The notes below the pieces were generated by a model. It was not told the origin of the DNA, did not search any database, and saw only the letters and a program-made list of their open reading frames with translations. A stretch of DNA of 63,279 nt, filler included, from Choristocarpus tenellus KU-1152 (lineage: Eukaryota > Protista > Phaeophyceae): assembly GCA_964200185.2 (NCBI GenBank). It is 13 parts of 13 records of this genome, joined end to end, with 100 filler letters (N's around TTAATTAATTAA, not from the genome) between each part and the next. Parts side by side here need not be neighbours in the genome. Positions count along the whole stretch, not along the records: positions 48,984 to 56,756 come from CAXNAD020005601.1; positions 56,857 to 63,279 come from CAXNAD020008171.1; 11 more parts are not named here. One strand, written 5' to 3'. Shown here in pieces: positions 52,169 through 63,279 of this stretch (position 1 is the stretch's first letter; every line of letters begins with the position of its first letter). The translations under genes and the position numbers were made by a program.

Positions 52169-53775
52169 AAGATTACTTATCATCACCATGAAGTGTGTCA
52201 AGTATTAGTAATAATTACATGCTACAATAATGTCAACTGGAAATACCTCAAGCTAACACTTGGACTATGCATAAACCTCCACCATCCATCACATCCACCA
52301 CCCCAATACGAAATGACTTACAATGTTACTAAAAGTGACACTTATCGCATCATCTACCTGTTTAGTACTAGTGTGGTTTACTGTTGCGGTTAACGGTCAC
52401 TAACCAGGGTACCTCCATATTGCGATATCGAACCACAACCAAATTAAATTGGATATCTAATGAGGTAGAAAGAGCTCGAGATTTATGAAGGGAGAGTACA
52501 GAATCGAACAAACATCGTATCTTCATTCTCATGCTTTTCCTCCACCTACTTTTTGACTCTTTCTCGTTACTAGATATGTTTTGATTTGATAATCATGATT
52601 GATTATATGAAGAATGGTACTCTTTTTTCCATTTTTTGACATAAACATCATGTGACAATAGTGGACAGAGGAATATAATATAATGTAGGAGAGCATAATA
52701 ATAAAATAATATAGTGGACAGGGGAATACATATTTTATTATATATAAGTAGTGGAAGGGGTACGGTATGACAAATAATGGAAGAAACCAATGACAGCATG
52801 TTTAATTTACGAATTTACGCTCAACCGCATCGGTATGTATTCCAAGTACATATCGACCCGCCGACGCCTTAATCTATACTATCTGGGATTATCTGATGTG
52901 ACACAACTACTGTTGTTTTTAGTGTATATTTTGGAAATGGGGAACTTAAGAGAAATCGGCTGTGTTCTTGTATTGATGAGGTATTGTACACTTCGAAAAA
53001 TGTAATATTTTATCGGTTAATTAAGTTAAATTCTAAAATTATACTTCCAGAGAATTTATTGTTGAGAGAAATATTTGCTCGTCCAATTTTTTCTATTACT
53101 CAACAATTTATTTTAGTGTGACAGAGTGAACTTTCATCGTGGGGAAGAAGCCAGTGTGGAGGAGAATCTGGTTTAAGATACAAAATATTTTCAAATCCCC
53201 GACTAGATCTCAAGATCCATTAATGAATCTTAACAACTTAATAGGTTAGAATTACATTTAGGTTGAATTTAGAAATTTGTGTTCCTGTTTTTGAATGTTT
53301 TTATTTTTGTTGCTCGTTTTGTATACAAGAGAAAGTATTCGAAAGTAAAATGCTACCTCTCACCAGCTCTCAATACTACTTTTTACAAACAAAGATGCGG
53401 TCTCCCGAGAAGAAGAGGATCTTGAGAAAGAGATAGAATATACTGACGAGATGTTAGGACGCTGATTCTGAAGTACTGTCTTTATTGATGGTGTGGTTGT
53501 CAGTTCCTCCAGATCAAGAATCAGACACCCTCAAATCTTGACGCTTTTCGAAACGAATTCTGGTCATGAGTTTCCTGGTGGTCTGTATTACAGAGTAACC
53601 TATTATAGAGCAGTTGAAAGCGCTTCCCTACGTCTCCTACCCGAAGTTGGAGCCACAATAACCAGGATACAAACAAGGAGGTGGACCAGGATACAAAGCA
53701 GTCCGGCTTTTGTCATTAGTTAGGGGGTTGCTTGTTCGAGTCAAAGTCCTTGGCTCATACCTTGTTCTAAAAAAC

Positions 53776-55224
53776 ATGCCGCCCGCTGCGGCGCGGTTGG
53801 TACCAGAGGGAACGCCTTGTAGTGCTGATGGGTGTGTTACGGCCGTGCACGTCTTGCCCAGGGGCAGAGTTTCTCACTACTGCCATGCTCATCAACACCT
53901 CGAGGCTAGGGTGCGCAACAACAAGGTGACTCACCTCCTTCAACGTCATTACTTGTTGGCGCTCTGATGCCCTCCCAAGTCTCCTACGTTCTCATGATCT
54001 GCTCCAAATGCTGCGGATAATTTCTTGATTTGGAAATATGATCAATACGCACAGTGAGTGTCACCAGACATTAAAGTCTCGCATGATTTTCTTGAGCTTC
54101 ATCCGATTTTGCCGCACTGAGTCACGACTACAACCTGTTGTCTTGTTGTAAATCCAGTCTTGCATGGAACCTGGCTGTCACAAGAATCCCCACTATGGAG
54201 TGTCGCGCCAGGTTGATCCCAATAGCAAGGCGGTATTCTGTTCAAGGCACAAAAAAGCAGGTAAGTCGTGGTTGCCCAGTTGGGATGGTGGGAGCATTTT
54301 ACGCTCAATAGGGCTGTTTGTAACAGTCCTTGGTAAGTCCATCATAACGGTAAACTTGCACCCCTCTCTGAACAGGACCGTATAAAGTCACCGGTGAAGT
54401 TTGCCATTGTCTACATTGTTGTATTAGTTAGTGATTGGTTCTTACATCGTCTTTGTGGCCCTGAATTGTGCTACCCTTGCGACCATTATTGTCCACAATT
54501 TCGTCCCATAATCCTCACCAAATGGCAACTCTTCGTTTGCGATGTGATCTGAACACAAGGTATGGTGAACATCCATGGACGAAAATGCCAGACCCAGGGC
54601 TGTATGAAACAGCCAAGGTTTGACCACCACGGCGGGAAGGGTAAGTATTGCTCTGGACATCGCCTACCTGGGATGGTAGATGTGCTTTACAAGGTCAGAA
54701 ACATATATGTTCAATGGGTCACCCCTGACATTCTCCGTGCATCATTCTTTCGTAACCTCCGATGGTGACTTTTGACTATGGACTGTAAGAGTAAAATTGC
54801 TCAGAGATATATTTTTTTATCAAGGGGTAATCCACTGTGGCAGAGCTAGGAGCGACCGTATGTTTCGATTGTTCGACTCACGCATGCGTTGATGGTGAAT
54901 AATTGTAGCAAAATTGTGCCATGTATAGAGGGGTGATAAGAGACTAGAGAAGTCCTTACTTGTGATGTTTAATTTCATGAAGGGGTTCAGTATCTGTAAT
55001 GGGGCAATCAGTTTTGTTTTTGTTTTGGTGATGGAGGTACAATACCCTCTAGTTCATGGGACCCCCACTTGTTCCCTGACTTTGCCATTTTCCGATTTCT
55101 CAGGGAAAGCTCGTCTTTGGGAAAGGTTAAAGTACATCCTCACTTTTTGTTGTGTTGTTTGCTTACTCATTGATATCTATGACCTGCAAAGGTTGAAGAT
55201 TGTTGGAATCAAAACCAAATAGCT

Positions 55225-55265
<41 letters not shown>

Positions 55266-56572
55266 TTCCCCCCCCNNNNNNNNNNTTCTCATTATATTCT
55301 TGCCCCCGCAAAGTTTGAAGATTGTTGAAACAAAAACCAAATACCTCCCCCCCCCCCCCCGCCCCCCCTCTTCCCCCCCTGCTTTGTATTAACATCATTT
55401 CAGCAAAAACTCACTAATCTTTACACTAGGATGTGATCTGTGCATCATAAAACGAGATTATTTTCTCACTGTAGAGTTAAGCCATTAGAATTTTGTGTAA
55501 CCCAATAGCATATCCACTATTCAACACAATGCTGAATCATCCTCTCTTACCAACTCTTTCATTTTGACACAATCTAATGTGACAGCAGGGGTCTAAAATA
55601 TTTCTGCACGGTATATCAATAGCTGTTGTATCATGTTTTTGAAGGTTGATCTATGAGGGTGTATTATGGTTTTAAGGGACTTGTTTTTTTTTAATACTGT
55701 TACTCAGGTGTTACACCCTGTGACAAAGCCATTCTGGGAGAACTGTGGTAATCAAAATAGTAAACAGGGTTCCATTTTACGCATAAAACGTGGAGTTCAC
55801 CTCATTGCATACTACTCTGTAGTGTGGCAGATGTCCAAATCAAGAACCGAGAGTGTGTTTACTTTAAAACATGGTTGTATCCTTCCATTTAATGGAATTT
55901 GGACGCATCAAATGCTGTATCATCGCAATACAGTCAGTATTTACCGCTTCAACCCAAACTCAAGCTTCAATTGAGCATTATAATCGAATTCTTTTCTTGA
56001 TCCTGGTTTTGCTGATGGTGCCTTCCCTGGACTACCTCTCAAATCTTCCCTTCATTGCCCCCTGAAAAAAAACAACAGCCATGTGCTGAAGAAGGATGCA
56101 GGAAACATCCTCACTTTGGTTTTGAGGAGGGCGGTCCACGGTATTGTGCCAGCCACCGCTCCCCGGGGATGGTAGACGTCAAGCATCCACGGTGCCATGT
56201 AACAGGCTGTGTTGAACCCCGTATGATCTGCAGAGATGGACGCAAGGCTCGCTGTTGTGCTGTCCATGAGGCTAAGCTGCGCCCAGGAGGCGAAGATGGA
56301 CATACCCAGAACATGACTACTTCCATGCTGTATCCTGGGTCTGATTGCCGAAGATCTGTGAGGGGTGCTGGTGATGTAAGAGCCTCTGCTGCTGCCTATA
56401 TGGTTGCAATGAACGAAGAAGATCATGTATCCTCTGGGGTTGCGATGGGCAGGAAGCGCAAGGCAATGCAGTGTGGTGGAATCTCTGCAGCCTCTCAAGA
56501 AGCTGGTGGAGCTAGGGTGACATCAAATGGAGCTGGTGACAGGGTGCAGGCTCTCCTCAATGCTCCTACCAG
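53776..56572 (+). CDS. EsV-1-7 cysteine-rich repeat protein; exons 53776-53925, 54158-54260, 54560-54693, 56079-56572 (3' incomplete)
   Basis: Five C-x4-C…C-x2-H repeats, several followed by GMV(N/D), e.g. CAEEGCRKHPHFGFEEGGPRYCASHRSPGMVDVK. Intron phases 0,1,0 are consistent. The family is known to be expanded in brown algae. Confidence 0.85.
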
Positions 56573-57151
56573 GTACGTGCAGTGTAGATTCAAGGTTGGG
56601 GAAGACTCAGAATGTGGTGTACTTAGTTGTATTGTGTTTTACAATATATTACTCACAACGGGAATATACTCTCTGCTTTTGCGACAAGGTTTTGAAGTTC
56701 TTGGTTGCTTGGTCTCTGTAGATGCCTACTTAGGGCCCCTGTTTATTTCCCCACTCNNNNNNNNNNNNNNNNNNNNNNNNNNNNNNNNNNNNNNNNNNNN
56801 TTAATTAATTAANNNNNNNNNNNNNNNNNNNNNNNNNNNNNNNNNNNNNNNNNNNNCCACCCTCATCACCCCCCTCCCCCTCTTTGCCCCTCTCTACTGG
56901 AGCTTACCTACCCTCTTTTGCATCCTGAAATGACTGCTGAATTGACCTTTGTACCCCACTACTGTTCTTTTCTTGCTTGTCTGTGTGTGCCTTATTCTCT
57001 TTTAATTTCTGTAACTGCCTTGCTTGTTTCCCTTCTGTTGACATATATATATATATTTTTTTTTTGGGGGGGGGCGTGTGTTTGTTGCTCCTGGGGGTCG
57101 TGAACTGTGAAATTTCAAGTCTTTTGATGAAGTGTGTGAAAGTGTGCCCAG

Positions 57152-59993
57152 CTATCCCAACGCTACTATAGCTGAATATGGTACTGTGGCTGGTGAGAAG
57201 GATATGATGGCAGAAATATTTGCTCGAGGGCCCATTGCATGCGAGATTGACGCAACTGCCCTTCATGAATACACTGTGAGGAATAAGTGGGGCTGGGGGA
57301 GGGGGGGTTAAGTACATGTGTCAGATTTTGTATCAGTATATGGAACAAGGGATCACTTTGCGCTTTTTGTTTGACTCTGTTGATTATGCCTTGGTGCAAA
57401 CAAGTTAATTTATGTGGCTGGTTGGCAGGACTTTTGAGAGTAAGCCAGCAATAGTCCTGAATATTTTGTTGGGGGGAGGGGGGGGGGGGTATTTTTATTT
57501 GTTGCCAGCAATGACTTTTTGTTGAACCTCAAAACATGACCCATTAGGATTAAGATTAGGGTTTGATGAGTTTACTGCTCTTGATACATTGTTGGTGAAC
57601 ATGTTAGACCATCAGGAGGGTTACGAAGAAATGCTCTTTCTCATTAGTGTTGACCGTAGTGCTATGCTATGTTTCCATTTTGTTGCTTTGTTCTCCCTCT
57701 AAATCCCTCAGGGGGGTATTATTGACATCCCTGAGATTCCTGAAGAGACGGATCACATTGTGGCTATTGCTGGTTGGGGTGAAACCGACGATGGAGAGAG
57801 GTGAAAAAGAAAAACAAGATTTCTTCCCCCCCTCCCCCCCTCCCCCCTGCCTTTCCGAATTGATGTATTAATAGTAGGGTTGAAGTTTACTGGAATCAGT
57901 GGTGTGGCTTAAAAGCTGATAAAAACAGGATGTATTACAAAAAAAAAAAGTTTGAGTTGAAAACACTACTACCTTTATGAAACACTATCGTGCTCTCTAA
58001 TTCAGTTAGCTGAATGAAGTACAGTATTTCTTAGGGTTAGGGTTAGTAGACTGCCGTTCAAGCATGCTATCTTGATGCATTTATGACTTCCAGTAGCCAA
58101 CGCAGAGTACGTGAAACCTTTTCTATGTTTTATCAATAAGAGTATTAATGATGAAGCGTGAGCAACTGAATTTCCAAGGAAATGACCAACTTTTTAATTT
58201 GATGAAGGGCTTCCCTTCAGCCCTACTGGTCTCATTTCACCATCCCCAATTTCTACCTCTTCAGTGGGTATTCCTAACTTGGGTTTCCCAACTTGGCAGA
58301 CACCTAAATATTGACAGGCTATCAAAAAGAGAAAAAAAAACTTGTTCTAAACTCTGAGTAAAGAATGGAGCAGTGATGACAATAGTGTATGCAGTTCACA
58401 GTATGGCAATGGACAGGCATTCTTTTTCCCCAAGGATTCTTGTTGTGTGGAAAGTTGTGTTGATGTTATGTCATGTGTTATGTTGCAGGATTGAGTGGTA
58501 CATGGTTTACACTGTTATCCTTCCGAATTGTTCAAACACAACTACTGCTGGATGGTGTCTTTTTGTACTTTGAAGAGATCAAGTTGTCTTTTTGAGTTTA
58601 TTGATGATTGACCTTGCTGAACCTGCATCCCGTGAATTGTTGTTGTGAGATACCTGTTGCAGTAAGCTTGGACTTCTGTTGGGTTTAGTTTGTTGGCCCT
58701 ACTGCTAACCCTAACCCTAAGGATAGTTGAAGGTACACCTCCTTTGGAGTGAACTAGTAGTACCGGGGAAAATTCACTCAATTAACTAGGGTTAGGGTTA
58801 GGGTTAGGGTTAGCGTTCAATACAGTTTGTATTTGTAGGCATTACTACAGGCTACTCTAGTGCGATAGCCGTGTAGTAGGAGACAACACAATCATCATGA
58901 TATGTAGGCAGGTGTCATCAATGCATCTCACGCACTTGTTAAAGTCAAGGTCTCCCAGGAGAAGGTGGCGGTGGTTTTCATGGCGCCCCACCACTCCAAA
59001 TGTTGTACTCCAATGTACTTTTTTTTTCAGTTTGGAAGTATCCTTATACATCAAGCACACATAAACATTGTGACTATAGTTTTTGTAAGTATTGCATCAA
59101 GGAGGATTTTAAAAGTTTGTTTTCGGTAGGGATTGCTTGAACTGTTGCTAGGCTTACGGCATTGCTGGTGTGACCTTTAGCCTTTTGAAAGGTTCTTGTG
59201 ATTGTCAATGCACTAGAGGTGTGTATTGAATTTGCTTTGTACTGATGAAAGGATTTTGTTTTGGGTGAAATGGATGTTGGACCTCTTAGGTCCATTGTCG
59301 GTGCATATTGTCTTTGAAACCATTGAAAGATAGTCAGACTTACAACAAATTCCATGGTTGATACGTTCTTTCTAATATTGCAAATCAGAGGATAAGTTCA
59401 TACTTGTCCAAGAATAGCCTTTTTGATTATAGGCACCCTTCAAGATAAATCCGAGTTTCCATCTATCTATAAATCGAGGTTGTCTTGATGTCCTGCATTG
59501 TAGGATGATGCATTGTGTCACGTATGTCCTGCTCCATACATAGTATTACTATTTTGGGGTGTCCCATCTAACCCTAACCCTAACCCATCAATATACAACT
59601 TTTTTTGGTGGAATGGAATGATATGATATCTACGGATTCTCCCATCCTCTTCAATTAGTAATGCATGTCATCTCCACTCCACACCACACACCCCTTCCCT
59701 GCATGCATCAAATCTTTGTGGTTTTTTTTCCAAATGATGGAACAAGATTCTGGGTGGTACGCAACTCCTGGGGAGAGTATTGGGGGGAGGGAGGGTGGTT
59801 CAGGATCAAGTCTGGTGAGAACCAGCTGCTAATTGAGTCCGCCTGTGCTTGGGCTGTGCCTGGGTCATGGTCCAAGCTGGAGCCCCACCCCCACCACCCT
59901 AGGTCTTCTTTGAGGCAGCAGCAGGTGGAGCACACAGGGAAGCTGAGGCATGGAAAGGACAACCAGGTTAAGACAGTATGGGCAGGCATATAG
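57152..59993 (+). CDS. CTSZ: Cathepsin Z/X-like papain-family cysteine protease, 3' exons 57152-57275, 57712-57800, 59747-59993
   Basis: [34 protein letters not shown]…YTGGII…[10 protein letters not shown]…[21 protein letters not shown]…[10 protein letters not shown]. Catalytic His and Asn motifs are present, and MMAEIxARGPIxC is typical of cathepsin Z. Confidence 0.9.
58787..58813 (+). repeat. Interstitial (TTAGGG)n tract, the longest of ~13
   Basis: TAGGGTTAGGGTTAGGGTTAGGGTTAG inside a cathepsin intron. Confidence 0.9.
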
Positions 59994-62900
59994 TGGAGTA
60001 GAGTAGTAGTAGAGCTGCATTTGTTGTCATTATTTACAAGAATATCTTTTATCGTTTTTTTTCTGGGAACAGTACATCACAAGATGCTGAAGGGGACGGA
60101 ATAATTACCACCACTAAGAACAGCCTTTTTGGTAATTATATTTGTTAAATCTTTTTGAATCCGTGGTCAGAGGTTACAGGTCCTTTTGCCAAGATATTGA
60201 TTACACTGTGCTTTACTTTTTATTGATTTCTTGTGATGTGTACCCTATCTGTTGGTGTTGGTAATACTGCCTACATGCAATACTTTGAGGTTGATGTTTA
60301 TTTCTTTTTTGCTTGATGTTAATGCCAGGCCCCTGAGAACCTTGGAGCAGAGATAATGTCTTCATCTGCAGGTTATCATGTTCACCACATGGGAAAGGTC
60401 AGAGAGCATGCCATGATGCAATCAAGGTTGAAATGACCACTCTGCTGTGGTAAGGAGTTGTGTTTCCAACAATGCTCTATGCACCTGTTTGTGGATAATC
60501 ATCAACCTATATCTTGGCTTCAATTGGGATGTGTGATGGGGAGCTCTTCCCCATCCCTAACCTTCAAGCCTGCCTTGTTTTTGCTTATTGAGATAAGGGT
60601 CAGTCATGTTAACCTTTTTGTGTAAAGAGTGGTCAAAATATGTATGTCATATGGATACCGTCTCCCCCCCCCCTCTTCCCTCTTGGTTTTCTTGTGTACT
60701 GATGGAAGGGGCGGGGCATGTGTGGAAGGATTTGTAGAATCCATACATACATAAGCTTTCGTAGTATGTAGTAAGAATTGAGGGTAGCTGTAACTTTGTC
60801 ACTTGTTTTGATGCAAGACACTGTTCCTGCACACTTTGTTGTGGGGTGGTGTATGGGTTTGGGTGGTGTTTTCGTTCTCATCAATGTATAGTGTACCCAA
60901 CCCAGACAGGTGACAGTACAAACCTATGTATGTCAAAAAATAAGCATTGGTCAAATCAGTGCATTCTGGAGATACTATGAAACAGCCTTTTTGATAGGTC
61001 GGAAATCCAGTAACTGTTGAGCATCGTTGTAGATAAAAATGAGATGTGCTGTGTGTATGTGCTTGGTTGAAATATTCTTGGACTTAAGTAAAGTACTTAA
61101 ATATTGAGGTCAACAAAGGGGAAGTGCAGGTTCAGGCAAAGAGACACTGACTCTGGCAAGGAGAGGATGACCAATACTCTTACATTGTGAAATATGTAGT
61201 AATCCAAAAGCGAAAGGTGATGGCAGGGTTTCCTTTCCACTACTTGTTATGTAGTGGAAAGAAAATTGGCTTCTCTATCTGATGACATTTACATCGTATC
61301 TCCACCCTTTGTATCTACATGTGATCTGACACTACTACTCTCCAGGTGCTCTATTCTAGTATTTGCTTGCTGAAAACCTCAACCCCGTCACTAACAGTGT
61401 ACAAAGTAACCTTGTTTCCACGGAGTGGTTTTCACGCATGAACACACCACACCTACGACATCCACACACCACAACACACACTTGCTGTCAGGACACTAAT
61501 GACCATGTGGTCTTATTATTCTAGAAGTGATGTCTCAAAAAGCTTGACCAGAAATAGAGACGAGGGCGTTGCTTGTTGGATCAATCCGTGACCCATCACC
61601 CCAGTGGTATCCTGCCTAATCCCAAAGCCTCAGTACAGAATTTATTAGCTAGAAAACACTCCAGTGCATTTAATATCGACCTCCCCCATTGAACGTTAAT
61701 GAGAGTCAGCAACAGGGGCCCAAACCCGAGTCAAGTGGGTCTGGACGTTTGTGTGAAAAAATCGATGTACATGCATGCAAACTGCTATTCCAATTCCTAT
61801 CTTCAGCTGTTTAGCATGTGCAACTCCGAAACAGCCTGCTCTGAAAGGCCCTGAAATCCCTCCCAAGTCTCCCTTACCACCCCTTAAATAGTTAGAATAT
61901 ATCCCAAAAGTAGGCGCCTTCCAAAACACACACTTTGATTTGCTCTTAACTTTCTTTACTCTGCATGATGATTTCCTGTCAATATCATGCAAGTATCACA
62001 CTCAAAACAGCCCGGAAATCCAACTCAAAGTCGTGTAGTACACAATTGAGAAAGACAATTTTTTGTAACGAAGAAATAATGAAAAACATGAAAATTTAGT
62101 AGGTACAGTACAATACTAGGTAGAATTTTCCATATACGTAGGTACATAGTAACTACTGACTGTATGTACATTGCAAGTAATGAGTATACCCACAACAGGA
62201 AATCCAAACTCCCATATTCTGAAATAAAAAGATTACCCAACTTCGAAGAAGTATGTACAGTTTATATATTATTTTGCCCTCTTAAAATTTTACAGATGTC
62301 TCAGGGAAAAAGTCAAACCAACATCACAAAGATCACTAAAAAATAACGTTTGTGTGAGAGCCACTTCCGAAGAAGGTATACCCTGAAGGTAACTTATCTT
62401 CAAGAATTTGATATTCCAATGACATCTGTTTTAGCATGTTGAAGGTAACATCTGTTTGAAGTAAATAGCGGGCGGTTTGAGGGGACCTTGCAAACCCCCC
62501 CTCATTCACTCCCACTAGTTCACTTCTTCCCTGAGTGATCTTCTAAGGGATTGCTCTCCCTCCTGACTTGTCTTCTTTTCCTTGCCTCCTGTGGTTCTTC
62601 CCGGTCCCCTTCATTCTGAAGAACCTGTCGGTTTGTTTCCACCTGTTTGACAGTGGTGACGATGGCAATTGTTTTGAAGTGGGAGAGTACATTTACAGTA
62701 CTTTGGGGGAAACACGGAGTATATTGCTTGTACTTTGAGCACCACATATGCCACATCATTCGGTTTGGCATATTGTTTGATCAAGGAGACGACAAAACTT
62801 GTTCCACAATACTTGACGGAGGAATACAAAGAGAATGAACCAGACGAACATCTATTGCCACCTTGGCATGATCAAGATCCTCATCATTTGATGAGGTTAT

Positions 62901-62994
62901 TTTAGAAGATGGAAGGAAACTTCTTGTTCTCAAATCATACGGATTTTTTGTGGATATCGATTTCCGGGTGGTTGACCAGTGTCATTCAGCAATT

Positions 62995-63118
62995 AACAGC
63001 CGACCTCAAAAATTGAGGATGGAGCTTTTCATTGAGGATGGGCTTGACCCAAAATTGACTGGGATAAAGTGTCGATTTTTTTTTTTAATGTCATCCTCAA
63101 TTTTTGAAACCGGCTGTT
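62995..63118. mobile_element. ~124-bp MITE family E
   Basis: TIRs AACAGCCGnnnTCAAAAATTGAGGATG / CATCCTCAATTTTTGAnnnCGGCTGTT. A second partial copy lies inverted at ~121-176. TSD unresolved. Confidence 0.75.
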
Positions 63119-63279
63119 CATTGCTTATATCATACCGTTTGCACATTATTATGACTGGTATTGAACCATGTACCAAACCAAATCTAAACGTGTGGATAGT
63201 TGTTTTTGTCTCAGCAAGCAAGCGGAATGCTTCCTGGATGAGCTGGCTACTCACAACATGGTATGAGGGAGAGGAACGG

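Noticed and set aside
58200-59450. Decayed coding-like DNA in the cathepsin intron (similar stretches at 600-1200, 23300-24240, 60300-61300, 62520-62990)
   Set aside because: Probably old TE remnants, but no recognisable motif.
7280-59993. Functional cluster of trafficking/ubiquitin genes (SNARE, GBF1, UBA3, cathepsin)
   Set aside because: These genes are on different contigs; co-occurrence comes from concatenation.
61700-61945. Possible GAG…CTC element near TTAA sites
   Set aside because: TIR match is poor and there is no second copy in the window.

Overview
This window is not one locus. It is 13 short eukaryotic contigs joined by 12 artificial 100-bp spacers (N44-TTAATTAATTAA-N44), so adjacency across a spacer means nothing. 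Intron-rich GT-AG genes, an EsV-1-7 repeat gene and many TTAGGG tracts suggest a brown alga or close photosynthetic stramenopile (inference). Partial spliced genes I could reconstruct: ABCF (GCN20-like), a SNAP-25-type Qbc-SNARE, a RING-finger first exon divergent from an ankyrin first exon, an IQ-motif protein, UBA3, a GBF1/GNOM ARF-GEF, an ABCB6/HMT1/ATM-type half transporter, PRMT7, an EsV-1-7 repeat protein and cathepsin Z. Mobile DNA includes a decayed RTE-type LINE RT, a mariner transposase C-terminus, a probable REL-endonuclease fragment, two MITE families sharing an AAAGTATCT TIR core with mostly 3-bp TSDs, and two retroposon 3'-end families. The most interesting signals are: (i) 27-37-nt retro-insertions derived from a hairpin+(TAA)n terminus, with perfect 11-12-bp TSDs; (ii) very dense short interstitial TTAGGG tracts; (iii) CpG-to-TpG/CpA decay in repeats, implying DNA methylation; (iv) EsV-1-7 introns at homologous repeat positions. 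I found no prokaryotic-type system, CRISPR array, tRNA or rRNA.
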